NCBI GenBank assembly: GCA_963801355.1
Contig: CAWDEM010000004.1
Coordinates: forward strand, 1,056,001 to 1,120,000
Length of the DNA stretch: 64,000 bases
Source of the DNA: Ignavibacteriota bacterium
GTDB taxonomy: Bacteria; Bacteroidota; Ignavibacteria; UBA10030; UBA6906
Direction: 5' to 3'
In this document: one piece after another, positions 30,875-40,795 of the stretch
Numbering within the stretch: position 1 is the stretch's first letter
Layout: each line of letters opens with the position of its first letter
Notes under the pieces: model-generated
The model's database searches: none
Told to the model about the DNA's origin: nothing
The model's input: only the letters and a program-made list of their open reading frames with translations
Translations under genes and position numbers: made by a program

Positions 30875-32116
30875 ATGTGGCGCGAACTCGTCATAGATTT
30901 TCTGAAGGATCTCAATACCCAGCGCACGCGCGCGTTTCTCACGATCCTCTCCATTATGTGGGGAACGATAGCCGTGGTGCTGCTGCTATCCTTTGGCGAA
31001 GGGCTCGGCCGGCAGATGACCAACGGCCTTCTCAACGCCGGAAACGAGATCATGATTCTGTATGGCGGGGAGACCGGGATGCCCTTTGAAGGGGTGCCGA
31101 AAGGAAGACCCATCAGGCTCGAGGAAGAGGATGCCGCGCTGCTCCGTCAGGCCATCCCGGCAATCGACGTGGTGAGTCCCCAATACCGCGCAACTGTGCG
31201 GCTGACCGCCGGACGCAATTCCATGAACACGGAGTGCGAGGGAGTCAATCCGAACTTCGAGGAAATGCGCCGGATGTATCCCGCGGTCGGCGGACGGTTT
31301 CTGAACGATGCCGATGTGACACAGCAACGCCGCGTGCTCGTGCTCGGCGTGAAGATCGCACAAGACCTGTTCGGCGACCAGGATCCGGTCGGCCGGACGC
31401 TCCTCCTGGAGACTATCCCGTTCACCGTCGTCGGCCTGCTGCAGGATAAGTTACAGACGAGTATGAACAACGGGCCCGATTCACGCCGGGCGATCATGCC
31501 GCATTCCACTATGCGGACCATGTTCGGCCGCACACACGTCAATTCAATCGTTGTACATCCCCGCGCCCCGCAACTTCAGGAGGAAGTGAAACGCGAAGTT
31601 TTCCGGGTACTCGCACGCAAATATCATTTCAATCCGGCTGATGAGCGGACGTTGTTCATCTGGGATTTCATCGAAAACGCGAAGATGAACCGGAAGATCA
31701 CCCTGGGCGTGACAATATTCCTGTTCGGTGTCGGATTCCTGACGCTGCTCATTGCAGGTGTCGGCGTGGCCAACGTTATGTACGTGGTCGTGAAGGAACG
31801 GACGAGGGAAATCGGCATCCGGATGGCGGTAGGAGCACGGAGGAACCACATCATGGCGCAGTTCATCCTCGAAGCGCTGTTGATCGCATGTATCGGCGGT
31901 GTGCTGGGCATGCTGTTTTGCTGGGGTGTGGTCTCGTTTGTGCGCACACTCCCGAGCAACGACGGGGTGATGCAGTTTTTCGGACGGCCGGTCTTCTCGC
32001 CGGGGACAATGCTGCTCACGGCGTCTATTCTTGCCCTCATCGGACTGCTTGCGGGATTCTTCCCGGCCCGGCGGGCGGCCTCCACCGATCCGGTCGAGTC
32101 CCTGCGGTACGAATAG
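30875..32116 (+). CDS. ABC transporter permease, MacB/FtsX family (2)
   Basis: [28 protein letters not shown] and [17 protein letters not shown]. Confidence 0.93.
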   Translation: MWRELVIDFLKDLNTQRTRAFLTILSIMWGTIAVVLLLSFGEGLGRQMTNGLLNAGNEIMILYGGETGMPFEGVPKGRPIRLEEEDAALLRQAIPAIDVVSPQYRATVRLTAGRNSMNTECEGVNPNFEEMRRMYPAVGGRFLNDADVTQQRRVLVLGVKIAQDLFGDQDPVGRTLLLETIPFTVVGLLQDKLQTSMNNGPDSRRAIMPHSTMRTMFGRTHVNSIVVHPRAPQLQEEVKREVFRVLARKYHFNPADERTLFIWDFIENAKMNRKITLGVTIFLFGVGFLTLLIAGVGVANVMYVVVKERTREIGIRMAVGARRNHIMAQFILEALLIACIGGVLGMLFCWGVVSFVRTLPSNDGVMQFFGRPVFSPGTMLLTASILALIGLLAGFFPARRAASTDPVESLRYE

Positions 32117-32205
32117 ACACACTCCTCGCGTGCACACAATCATTCCCTTGCATCCTCAACTCTTCATTTGTATCTTAGTGTAGTACTTCAATCGAAGAGG
32201 AGACA

Positions 32206-32685
32206 ATGAATAGATCGATGCGTGTGATGATGTTCATGATTCTCAGCCTCGCGCTGGCTTCGCTGGCGGTGGCGGCTAATCCCGCACCCAATTTCAAGCT
32301 GTCGACGATGGATGGGAAAGTGGTCGAGCTCAAACAGTTGGCGGGGAAGGCCGTTGTCGTGAATTTCTGGGCGACGTGGTGCGGTCCCTGTCGTCGCGAA
32401 ATCCCCGGCATGATCAGGGTGTACGAGAAGTATAAGTCCAGGGGACTGGAAATTGTGGGTATCTCCCTCGACCGCGGTGGATGGAAAGACTTGAAGCCCT
32501 ACCTCGCCAAGAATCCGATCTCCTATCCCATCGTCGTGGGTGGAGAGACCGAGGTGGAGGCCTACGGCGGTATCGAAGGTATCCCAACGACATTCTTCGT
32601 CGACCGCAAGGGCAACATTGTGTCGAAAACCGTGGGATCAATGGAAGAAGCGGACTTTGAGCAGGCCGTGAAGAAGATCCTCTGA
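32206..32685 (+). CDS. TlpA/ResA-family thiol-disulfide oxidoreductase
   Basis: Signal peptide; NFWATWCGPCRREIP and IPTTFFVDRKG. Confidence 0.93.
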   Translation: MNRSMRVMMFMILSLALASLAVAANPAPNFKLSTMDGKVVELKQLAGKAVVVNFWATWCGPCRREIPGMIRVYEKYKSRGLEIVGISLDRGGWKDLKPYLAKNPISYPIVVGGETEVEAYGGIEGIPTTFFVDRKGNIVSKTVGSMEEADFEQAVKKIL

Positions 32686-32724
32686 TACCCTGCGTCGGTC
32701 CCCGGGACAGACGCGGTGAAATGG

Positions 32725-32762
32725 AGAACCCCTGCCGAGAAGCTCGACAGGGGTTTCTTTTT
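32725..32762 (+). terminator. Intrinsic terminator between the convergent tlpA and nrdJ genes
   Basis: AGAACCCCTG..CAGGGGTTTCT stem followed by a T run. Confidence 0.7.
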
Positions 32763-32807
32763 GTACCCTGCATCCCTGGTGCGCGTTCGCCGGGGACTAT
32801 TCCTGCC

Positions 32808-35189
32808 TCAGCACTTGCTCCATCCGCAATTGTAGCACACCACGCATCCCGTGACATGCTCCACATTGCTTCCGCATTCCGGGCATGTCATGTTCGTCAC
32901 CGGATGTGCCGAGGCTACATGAATATGCGGGGACACTTTGCCCGCTGACGGTTTGTGTCCAAGCCTGGCAGACAAGCTCTCGTCGCGGCTGTCTAGGTAG
33001 CGCTCGAGCACCTTGCCGATTGCATCCGGAGTTGAAAACACCTGTCCTCCCTGGCCGTCCCATACCGGCGTTGGCCCGGAAATTCCCTTGAGTTGCTTCA
33101 CGATCTCACGGGGCTGCACACCCGAACGGAGCGAAAGAGAAATCAATCTGCTGATGGCTTCCGATTGCGCGGCGGCGTTCCCTCCGGCCTTCCCGATCGT
33201 CGTAAAGACTTCGCACAGACCCTCTTCGTCCTCATTAATGGTGACGTAGAGGTAACCTTCGCCGGTCTTCACACGTTCGGTAATGCCGACGGTGCGGTGA
33301 GGACGCTGGCGCGGGCCCTTCGCGTGTCTGGCCTCAGGCCGAGATGCAGGAGCGGCAGACTGTTTCTTCGCGTAGTCTTCTGTCTGCAGTATTCCTTCTC
33401 TGCTTCCTTCGCGGTAGACCGTGATACCCTTGAGACCGGCCTTGTATGCAGCCATGTAAATGTCCGCTACCGTGTCCACGGTGACGTTTTCCGCGAGGTT
33501 CACGGTGGAGGAAATGCTGCTATCCACATACTTCTGGATCACGCCCTGCATCTTCACACGGAAGAAGGGATCGATATCGTGGGCGGTGACCACGTAGTCC
33601 GGGAGACTCACGTCGTCACCGAAGAGCCTTTTGACCAGGGGATGATAGACTTTGTACTCCGAGAATGATTCACCGTCGGCGTTTTTGACGCGGCGACGGT
33701 AGCTGGTGCAAAAGATCGGTTCAATGCCGGAGCTGGTCTGGGCCACAATGGAGCCGGTGCCGACCGGAGGGACCGTGAGGACGGTACTGTTCCGGATGCC
33801 GTGATTCTTGATCTCTTCGCGAATATCGGCCGGCAGGGAGGCGACAAACTTGCTGCGGGAATACCCTTCCCATCGAAAGAGGGGGAACACCCCTTTTTCG
33901 CGTCCCAGCGCAATGGACGTCCGGTATGCCTCGTCCCTGATAGTCTTCATGATGCGGTCTGTCGCATCAAGTGCTCCCGGTGAATCATAGCGGATCTTCA
34001 TGAGCAGAAGAGCATCGGCAAGGCCCGTTATACCGAGTCCGATCCGCCGGTCGGATGCAACGGCCTTTCTGATCTTCTCCAGCGCATGGTTGTTCATGTT
34101 GTAGTCTATGATATCGTCCATGAACCGGGTGGCGATACGGGTGACCTCCGCCAGGCGCTCGTACTCGAATTTCCCTTCTGCATCGACAAACTTTGCCAGG
34201 TTGATGTTGCCCAGATTGCATGCGGTATACGCTGCCAGGGGTTGTTCGCCGCACGGGTTCGTGCTGGCGAGTGGATTGGCATACTCCACATTGTGGTAAT
34301 CCCGCATCGTATCCCAGAAAATGATCCCGGGCTCCGCGGATGCGTGTGCATTCTTGATAATCTTGTGCCAGAGTTCGCGGGCGTTGACCGTGCGGTAGGT
34401 TTTGCCGTTCCAGCGCAGGTTGAAAGGACTGTCGGAGCTTACCGCATGCATGAATTCGTGGGTAATGAGCACGCTGATATTCGCATACTGGACCTTGAGC
34501 CGCCGCGGGTCGTTCTTGATCGTGATGAAGTGCTCAATGTCCGGATGATCGACCCGCATGGTCAGCATCAGTGCACCCCGCCGTCCCGCCTGCGACACCG
34601 TGTTGGTGCTTTCGCTGAAAAGGTTCATGAAGGCGGTGGCACCTGGCGAGTGGTCAATGGTCGCATTGACCGGCGCACCCTCCGGGCGAAGCACGGAGAG
34701 ATCAGTGCCGACGCCGCCACCGGTGCGGTAGACCATGGCGGACTCGGCGATGCATTGATAGATGCCTTCGAGGCTGTCTTCCTGGATGGGGACGACGTAA
34801 CAGTTGGAAAGGGTGGGACGGCGCCTGGCATCTTCACGGCCCGCGCCGTGCATGACGCGGCCTCCAGGAACAAATGTGAAGTCAAAGAGAATTTCCAGAA
34901 ACCGGTTGTGCCAGAATTCCTGGTTCTCCTTTTCCACAGATGACACCGCACGGGCAATACGGTTCCACATGTGCATCGGCCCCTGTTCGCTCGGTGCGAG
35001 GTACTTCGACCGCAGCACATCCCCGGCGAGTTCGTTGTCGCCATAGTAGTCGCGACAATCCAATGCAAGGTCCATCACTGCTTCATTCATCACCACCGGA
35101 CTGTTTTCCGGCCGGGGGGTTGAAGTCTGCTGTTGTGTGGAGACTTCTGTTGTGGTTTCCTTGCGGGGCATGCTCGTGGACTCCATCAT
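32808..35189 (-). CDS. nrdJ: Class II (adenosylcobalamin-dependent) ribonucleotide reductase with fused TSCPD/Zn-ribbon C-terminus
   Basis: LSNCYV, TGGGVG, STNPCGEQPL, ACNLG, PPVGTGS, SISSTVN and KGITVYREGSR; ends CPECG...CYNCGWSKC; no ATP cone or intein seen. Confidence 0.95.
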   Translation of the reverse strand: MMESTSMPRKETTTEVSTQQQTSTPRPENSPVVMNEAVMDLALDCRDYYGDNELAGDVLRSKYLAPSEQGPMHMWNRIARAVSSVEKENQEFWHNRFLEILFDFTFVPGGRVMHGAGREDARRRPTLSNCYVVPIQEDSLEGIYQCIAESAMVYRTGGGVGTDLSVLRPEGAPVNATIDHSPGATAFMNLFSESTNTVSQAGRRGALMLTMRVDHPDIEHFITIKNDPRRLKVQYANISVLITHEFMHAVSSDSPFNLRWNGKTYRTVNARELWHKIIKNAHASAEPGIIFWDTMRDYHNVEYANPLASTNPCGEQPLAAYTACNLGNINLAKFVDAEGKFEYERLAEVTRIATRFMDDIIDYNMNNHALEKIRKAVASDRRIGLGITGLADALLLMKIRYDSPGALDATDRIMKTIRDEAYRTSIALGREKGVFPLFRWEGYSRSKFVASLPADIREEIKNHGIRNSTVLTVPPVGTGSIVAQTSSGIEPIFCTSYRRRVKNADGESFSEYKVYHPLVKRLFGDDVSLPDYVVTAHDIDPFFRVKMQGVIQKYVDSSISSTVNLAENVTVDTVADIYMAAYKAGLKGITVYREGSREGILQTEDYAKKQSAAPASRPEARHAKGPRQRPHRTVGITERVKTGEGYLYVTINEDEEGLCEVFTTIGKAGGNAAAQSEAISRLISLSLRSGVQPREIVKQLKGISGPTPVWDGQGGQVFSTPDAIGKVLERYLDSRDESLSARLGHKPSAGKVSPHIHVASAHPVTNMTCPECGSNVEHVTGCVVCYNCGWSKC

Positions 35190-35214
35190 GATAACCTGCT
35201 TATCGAGACACAGT

Positions 35215-35360
35215 AAAAGAACCTGACAGGCCGCCGGTAGGTTCCGGGGGCGTGTCTTTCGACCGCTCTACATCGTCAGTGTGGTTCGCCGGGGTTGTGG
35301 GGTTCTTGCCGTGAGAACTCGGCGAGTCTCCGGTCTGTCCGTCCCTCCTGCCAAGTTCCA
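35215..35360 (-). ncRNA. Putative structured cis-regulatory RNA in the nrdJ 5' UTR
   Basis: On the minus strand GGAACUUGGCAGG pairs with CCUGUCAGGUUCU (3 G-U pairs), enclosing UCGCCG/CGGCGA, GUUCU/AGAAC and a GUC-GAAA-GAC hairpin. Confidence 0.45.
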
Positions 35361-35452
35361 GGTCCCCGGCAAGGCGTGTACCATAATGAACAGTAAGGAC
35401 TTCCGACATTCGGCTGCCACAGAAGGCGAACAACAGTCGAGTCGTGGCGAAA

Positions 35453-35481
35453 AATATAGCATGTTGTCGTAGAGAAGTCAA
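35453..35481 (-). promoter_or_regulatory. Sigma70-type promoter of nrdJ
   Basis: Minus strand TTGACT-17 bp-TATATT with an extended -10 TG. Confidence 0.65.
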
Positions 35482-35607
35482 GTTAATTTTTCGGCAAGTG
35501 CTCGATCTCTATGTCAATGCTGAAGTTTTGCCCAAAGAATTTTCGCGCAGAATTATTCTATGAGCGCACAGTGCGTGAGAATATCTGAGCGAATCTTCAC
35601 TCAGTCC

Positions 35608-35636
35608 TTGCTTTTCAACTTTCGCTGAGGTATCAT
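35608..35636 (+). promoter_or_regulatory. Sigma70-type promoter of the acyl-CoA ligase gene
   Basis: TTGCTT-17 bp-TATCAT. Confidence 0.45.
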
Positions 35637-35681
35637 TCGACACTTCAACCCTTCACGTCCCCTGTTAACCAGGATCACCCC

Positions 35682-37499
35682 ATGTCTCTTGCAGTCGATT
35701 TTGCTACCATCCCTGAAATGTTCTGGCGCCTGACGGAAAAATTCTCAGGCGAACACCGACCACTGCTCATGCACAAGGTGGATGACACATACAGGGGAAT
35801 CAGCTACGCTGACGTCCGAAGCCGCGTTGAGCTGTTCGCATTCGGGCTGGCGTCGCTCGGTGTCAAACGCGGCGACCGCGTGGCCATCATCGCGGAAAAC
35901 CGGCCGGAATGGGTCATCAGCGATATGGCCATCGCCTCCATGGGGGCAATCGACGTCCCCGTGTACCCGACAATGACGGCCAAGCAGATCGAGTACATCT
36001 TCAACGATGCCGGCGTGAAGATTGCCATCGTCTCCAACCAGTTCCAGCTGAATAAGGTGATGCGTGTGTATCCCGAGGTCACCACCCTGGAGAAGGTCAT
36101 CCTCATTGCGGAGAAAGGTCCCATCCCCGAACCGGACACCCTCTCGTTCTCGACGGTCATGGACATGGGCAAGGCACTGCGGAAAGAGCAACCCGACCTG
36201 CTTTCAGCATCGATGGCGATGGTGAAGCCCGATGATTTGTTAACCCTTATCTATACTTCGGGTACAACCGGAAATCCCAAAGGGGTCATGCTCACCCATC
36301 AGAACCTCGTCTCGAACGTCAAGGCGGCGGCACAGGTCATAGAAATTGGAGCAACGGACATCATGCTGTCGTTTCTCCCCCTGAGTCATTCCTTCGAGCG
36401 GATGGCGGGATACTACACAGGGATGTCGTGCGGCGCAACGATTGCCTATGCCGAAAGTGTGGAGACGGTTCGCGATAATATGCTGGAAGTACGGCCTACG
36501 ATCATTACCACCGTCCCCCGGCTCTTTGAGCGGATCTACAGCCGTGTCATGAAGCAGATGGACGCGAGCTCGCCGCTGAAAAAGAAGATCTTCCATTGGG
36601 CCATCGATGTGGGCCGGACATTTGCAGAGGCACACAAACGGGGAAATGTGGGTCCGGGCCTGAAGCTGCGTCACGCCATCGCCGACCGTCTGGTGTACAG
36701 TAAGCTTCGCGAGAAGACAGGAGGGCGCATGAAATTCTTCTGCTCGGGAGGTGCTGCGCTCGGCAAGGAATTTGGTGAGTTCTTTGACGCCGTGGGGCTC
36801 ACGATCATTGAAGGCTACGGACTCACGGAAAGCTCTCCGGTCATCTGCGTGAACCGTCTGCACGACTACAAATTCGGCTCCGTCGGGCCCGCGGTCCCCG
36901 GGGTCGAAGTCCAGATCGCCCCGGATGGCGAAATCCTTGCCCGCGGTCCGAATATCATGAAAGGATACTGGAACAACCCCGAGGCCACCCGTCAGTCCAT
37001 AGACGACGAGGGTTGGCTCCATACCGGGGATATAGGTTTTCTTGATCCCGGGGGATTTCTCCATATTACGGACCGGAAAAAGCATCTGTTCGTCAGTTCG
37101 GGTGGAAAAAATATCGCGCCCCAACCCATCGAAAATCTGTTCCTTTCGAGCAAATACATCGAGCAGTTCATGCTCATCGGTGACCGCCGCATGTTCCTCA
37201 CTGCCTTGATCGTTCCGGATTTTGATGCGCTCCGCGAATTCGCCGACAGCCATAACGTCTCCTACGCTACGAACACTGACCTGACCCGCGATCCGCTCGT
37301 CAACGAGCTGATGGATAAAGAGATCAACAAGATCCAGCGGGACCTGGCAAACTTTGAGCGGGTCCGGCGCTTCACGCTTCTGGAGAAACAGTTCTCTATA
37401 GAAGAAGGGGAGCTGACCCCGACGCAGAAAATCCGCAGGAAGGTGGTCGAAGAGCGGTATGCGCATATTATCAATGGCATGTACGAGGGGATCACCTGA
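35682..37499 (+). CDS. Long-chain fatty-acid-CoA ligase (AMP-binding family)
   Basis: IYTSGTTGNPKG, EGYGLTE, GWLHTGDIG and ITDRKK..SGGKNIAPQPIE. Confidence 0.93.
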   Translation: MSLAVDFATIPEMFWRLTEKFSGEHRPLLMHKVDDTYRGISYADVRSRVELFAFGLASLGVKRGDRVAIIAENRPEWVISDMAIASMGAIDVPVYPTMTAKQIEYIFNDAGVKIAIVSNQFQLNKVMRVYPEVTTLEKVILIAEKGPIPEPDTLSFSTVMDMGKALRKEQPDLLSASMAMVKPDDLLTLIYTSGTTGNPKGVMLTHQNLVSNVKAAAQVIEIGATDIMLSFLPLSHSFERMAGYYTGMSCGATIAYAESVETVRDNMLEVRPTIITTVPRLFERIYSRVMKQMDASSPLKKKIFHWAIDVGRTFAEAHKRGNVGPGLKLRHAIADRLVYSKLREKTGGRMKFFCSGGAALGKEFGEFFDAVGLTIIEGYGLTESSPVICVNRLHDYKFGSVGPAVPGVEVQIAPDGEILARGPNIMKGYWNNPEATRQSIDDEGWLHTGDIGFLDPGGFLHITDRKKHLFVSSGGKNIAPQPIENLFLSSKYIEQFMLIGDRRMFLTALIVPDFDALREFADSHNVSYATNTDLTRDPLVNELMDKEINKIQRDLANFERVRRFTLLEKQFSIEEGELTPTQKIRRKVVEERYAHIINGMYEGIT

Positions 37500-37504
37500 C
37501 CGCG

Positions 37505-37533
37505 TTGACATTCTAGCCTCTTTTCGGTAACTT
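37505..37533 (+). promoter_or_regulatory. Sigma70-type promoter of the nuo operon
   Basis: TTGACA-17 bp-TAACTT. Confidence 0.6.
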
Positions 37534-37618
37534 TTACCACTTGACCGTGCCCGACGCGTTTTCAGCCGGGCACGTTCTTCAAACTTTCCCCCCCGTCACG
37601 GTGTTTGGAAAAGCAGGA

Positions 37619-37975
37619 ATGATCGAACAGTACATCCCCATCGTGATCATGCTCCTGATCGGCGTCATTGCCGGGATCATCTTTACGAATATCAACAAGT
37701 GGCTCGGGCCGCGCAGGCCGACGGAAGAGAAGCTCTCAACCTACGAAAGCGGCATGGAACCGATCCGCACCGCCCGCGAACGGTTTTCGGTAAAGTTCTA
37801 TCTCGTCGCCATGCTCTTCATCGTCTTCGATATCGAGATTGTCTTTCTGTATCCGTGGGCTGTCGTCTTCAGGCGACTTGATGTCGCCGGCATACTGGGT
37901 ATGGGAGTGTTCCTCGTCATACTTGTGCTCGGCCTGGCCTACGAGTGGCGCAAGGGCGGGATGGACTGGCGGTAG
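37619..37975 (+). CDS. nuoA: NADH-quinone oxidoreductase subunit A
   Basis: YESGMEP and [22 protein letters not shown]. Confidence 0.97.
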   Translation: MIEQYIPIVIMLLIGVIAGIIFTNINKWLGPRRPTEEKLSTYESGMEPIRTARERFSVKFYLVAMLFIVFDIEIVFLYPWAVVFRRLDVAGILGMGVFLVILVLGLAYEWRKGGMDWR

Positions 37976-37988
37976 CAAGGAGAAGGCA

Positions 37989-38507
37989 ATGGGACTGGAG
38001 ACGTTGCACAGTGATGGTTTCTTAACGGCGCGCCTCGACGACGTCATCGCATGGGCCCGCAAGAACTCCCTCTGGCCGATGCCGATGGGGATTTCCTGCT
38101 GTGCCATCGAAATGATGGCTGCTGCGTCCCCCCGTTTTGACATTTCCCGGTTTGGCTCCGAGGTTATGCGTTTCACCCCGCGACAGTGCGACGTCATGAT
38201 CGTCGCAGGTACCGTGACGTACAAAATGGCAAAGGTCGTGCGGAAGATCTACGATCAGATGCCGGAACCCAAGTGGGTCATTTCCATGGGCGCCTGTGCT
38301 TCCTCCGGGGGGATGTTCCGTTCCTATTCGGTGGTGCAGGGGATTGACCAGTTTATGCCCGTGGACGTGTTCGTCGCGGGTTGTCCGCCGCGCCCTGAAG
38401 CCCTCCTGCAATCATTGCTGGAACTCCAGAAAAAGATTGACCGCGAACGCACGTTCGGACTAAGCCCCAGGCATGCGCCGTCGCAAATCGCCGGGTCCAC
38501 CCCATGA
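37989..38507 (+). CDS. nuoB: NADH-quinone oxidoreductase subunit B
   Basis: [18 protein letters not shown] and GCPPRPE. Confidence 0.97.
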   Translation: MGLETLHSDGFLTARLDDVIAWARKNSLWPMPMGISCCAIEMMAAASPRFDISRFGSEVMRFTPRQCDVMIVAGTVTYKMAKVVRKIYDQMPEPKWVISMGACASSGGMFRSYSVVQGIDQFMPVDVFVAGCPPRPEALLQSLLELQKKIDRERTFGLSPRHAPSQIAGSTP

Positions 38508-38986
38508 ATGATCAGATAAAGAAAAAGCTCTCTTCTCTCGGCCCCGACGTCGTCACAGCGACGCAGGAATTCCGCGGGGAGTTCACCGTGACGGTCGACC
38601 CGAAAGCAATCGTCAGTGTCTGCACGCTGTTGCGGGACGATGCCGGGCTGGCGTTCGACATGCTTATTGATCTGACCGCAGTCGACCGGTACCGGCCGGA
38701 GGCAAGATTCGAAGTTGTGTATCATCTCTACTCGCTGAAGAACCGCCGTTATCTTGTCATCAAGACTCTTGTCGACGAAGCCCACCCCGAGCTCCCTTCG
38801 GTGACGGCTGTCTGGCCGGCGGCCAACTGGCATGAACGTGAATCGTTCGACATGTTCGGTATCAAATTCTCCGGTCATCCTGATTTGCGCCGGCTGTACA
38901 TGCCCGAAGAGTTCGAGTACTACCCCCTGCGGAAAGATTTCCCGCTCATGGGGATCCCGGACTCGATTCCACTGCCGCGTCGCTGA
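38504..38986 (+). CDS. nuoC: NADH-quinone oxidoreductase subunit C
   Basis: [31 protein letters not shown] and PLRKDFP. Confidence 0.97.
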   Translation: MNDQIKKKLSSLGPDVVTATQEFRGEFTVTVDPKAIVSVCTLLRDDAGLAFDMLIDLTAVDRYRPEARFEVVYHLYSLKNRRYLVIKTLVDEAHPELPSVTAVWPAANWHERESFDMFGIKFSGHPDLRRLYMPEEFEYYPLRKDFPLMGIPDSIPLPRR

Positions 38987-39026
38987 CACAACGATATGCG
39001 ACTCTTCATTTCAATGGACGATCTCC

Positions 39027-40283
39027 TTGGCAGCACGCTCACTTGAAGAACCCAGGCGGAGCCAGATTCTGGCCGCGCTTGAAGATCAAGACACGACGGT
39101 ACTGATCGCCGATCCGCTGGATAACACCATGGTGTTGAACATGGGTCCCCAGCATCCGGCGACGCACGGTGTGCTGCGTCTGCTCATCAAGCTCGACGGG
39201 GAAACCGTGCTTGCCGCCGTCCCGGAGATCGGCTATCTCCACCGCGGCTATGAGAAGATTGCGGAGAACTGCTCGTACCACGAATTCATTCCGCACACGG
39301 ACCGGCTCGATTACCTTTCACCTATCTCCAACAATGTTGCGTATGTCCTGGCCGTGGAGAAGCTTCTGGGAATCGAATCTCCCCGGCGCGCACAATATAT
39401 CCGGGTGCTGGTCAGCGAGATGTCCAGAATTGCCTCCCACCTCGTGGCGACGGGCAGCATGGCGATGGATGTGGGTGCACTGACGGTGCTGCTCTGGACG
39501 TTCCGCGAACGGGAAAAGATCCTGGATATCTATGACGTGCTGTGCGGGGCACGCTTCACGACAAGCTACACCCGTATCGGCGGATTGCAGCAGGATTGGA
39601 CGGCGCAGACCACGGAGATGCTCCGGCAGTTTCTCGGCGAGTTCGACAAGGACCTCGACGAAGTACAGAACCTCCTGCAGACGAACCGGATATTCATCGA
39701 CCGGTGCGAAAACGTGGGGCACATCTCCAGGGAGGATGCGATTGCGTGCGGGTTGACGGGGCCGATGCTGCGTGCCTCCGGCGTACCGCGGGATCTCCGG
39801 CGTGACGTTCCCTATCTCATGTACCATGAGCTGGATTTTGATGTCATCACCTTCCCCGAAGGCGACGCGCTGGCCCGGTTCTATGTCCGGCTCGCCGAGA
39901 TGCGCGAGAGTGCAAAGATCCTCAGGCAGGCGCTGGCAACGTTGCCCCAGGGCCCGTACAATGCGTTTGCCACGAAACATGTCCTCCCGCCGAAAGAACG
40001 CACCTATACGCGGATGGAAGAGCTGATCCATGATTTCATGCTGGTCAATCTGGGCATTAACCCGCCCGTCGGCGAAGTATATCAGGCCGTGGAGTCATCA
40101 AAAGGAGAGTTGGGGTTCTATATCGTCTCGGACGGGACCGGTCAGCCATGGCGAATGAAGATCCGCACTCCCTCGACATGCAATATCTCCACGCTTCCGT
40201 TGCTGCTCAAAGGCGGCATGATTTCCGACATCGTTGCAGTGATCGGGAGTATGGATCCGGTGATGGGGGAAGCCGATAAATGA
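39027..40283 (+). CDS. nuoD: NADH-quinone oxidoreductase subunit D (start uncertain)
   Basis: LNMGPQHPATHGVLRL, GYLHRG and DRLDY; in-frame TTG at 39027. Confidence 0.95.
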   Translation: MAARSLEEPRRSQILAALEDQDTTVLIADPLDNTMVLNMGPQHPATHGVLRLLIKLDGETVLAAVPEIGYLHRGYEKIAENCSYHEFIPHTDRLDYLSPISNNVAYVLAVEKLLGIESPRRAQYIRVLVSEMSRIASHLVATGSMAMDVGALTVLLWTFREREKILDIYDVLCGARFTTSYTRIGGLQQDWTAQTTEMLRQFLGEFDKDLDEVQNLLQTNRIFIDRCENVGHISREDAIACGLTGPMLRASGVPRDLRRDVPYLMYHELDFDVITFPEGDALARFYVRLAEMRESAKILRQALATLPQGPYNAFATKHVLPPKERTYTRMEELIHDFMLVNLGINPPVGEVYQAVESSKGELGFYIVSDGTGQPWRMKIRTPSTCNISTLPLLLKGGMISDIVAVIGSMDPVMGEADK

Positions 40284-40305
40284 ACAACACGCACAGAAGT
40301 CACGC

Positions 40306-40794
40306 ATGAGTACGGGCGAAAAAACCATCGGACTCTCCGAAAGCAATCTCCAACGCATTGAAGCGCGCAAGGCGCGCTACCAGCATCCCCAGTCGGTGCT
40401 GCTTGAAGCACTCTGGATGTGGCAGGAGGAACACGGATGGATTTCCGAAGAGGGTATGCGGTACATCGGTGATCTCGTCGGCGTGCCTTACCACCACGTC
40501 CTCGGTGCCGTCACGTTCTATACCATGTTCAACCGGAAGCCGGTGGGGCGGCACAAGCTTGAGGTCTGCACGAATGTCTCGTGCATGCTGCGCAACAGCG
40601 AGAGCATTCTCAAGCACATTGAAGACCGACTGCAGATCAAGACCGGTGAGACCACGAAGGACAACCGCTTCACACTGGTTGAAGCTGAATGCCTCGGTTC
40701 CTGCGGCACCGCACCCGTGATGCAGGTCGGTGATCGCTATTACGAGAACCTGGATGCATCCAAGGTGGACAAGATCCTGGACGACTTGAAATAG
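40306..40794 (+). CDS. nuoE: NADH-quinone oxidoreductase subunit E
   Basis: TFYTMF, CTNVSC and ECLGSCGTAP. Confidence 0.96.
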   Translation: MSTGEKTIGLSESNLQRIEARKARYQHPQSVLLEALWMWQEEHGWISEEGMRYIGDLVGVPYHHVLGAVTFYTMFNRKPVGRHKLEVCTNVSCMLRNSESILKHIEDRLQIKTGETTKDNRFTLVEAECLGSCGTAPVMQVGDRYYENLDASKVDKILDDLK

Positions 40795-40795
40795 T

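Noticed and set aside
32808-35189. Intein or intron in nrdJ
   Set aside because: The length is normal and the catalytic motifs are contiguous.
35246-35270. tmRNA-like 5' end GGGGGCG...TTTCGAC on the + strand
   Set aside because: It is the complement of a local hairpin; no T-arm/CCA end or tag ORF was found.
35245-35285. Hammerhead ribozyme-like CUGACGA...GAAA on the minus strand
   Set aside because: The intervening bases do not form stem II; the GAAA is a tetraloop of GUC/GAC.
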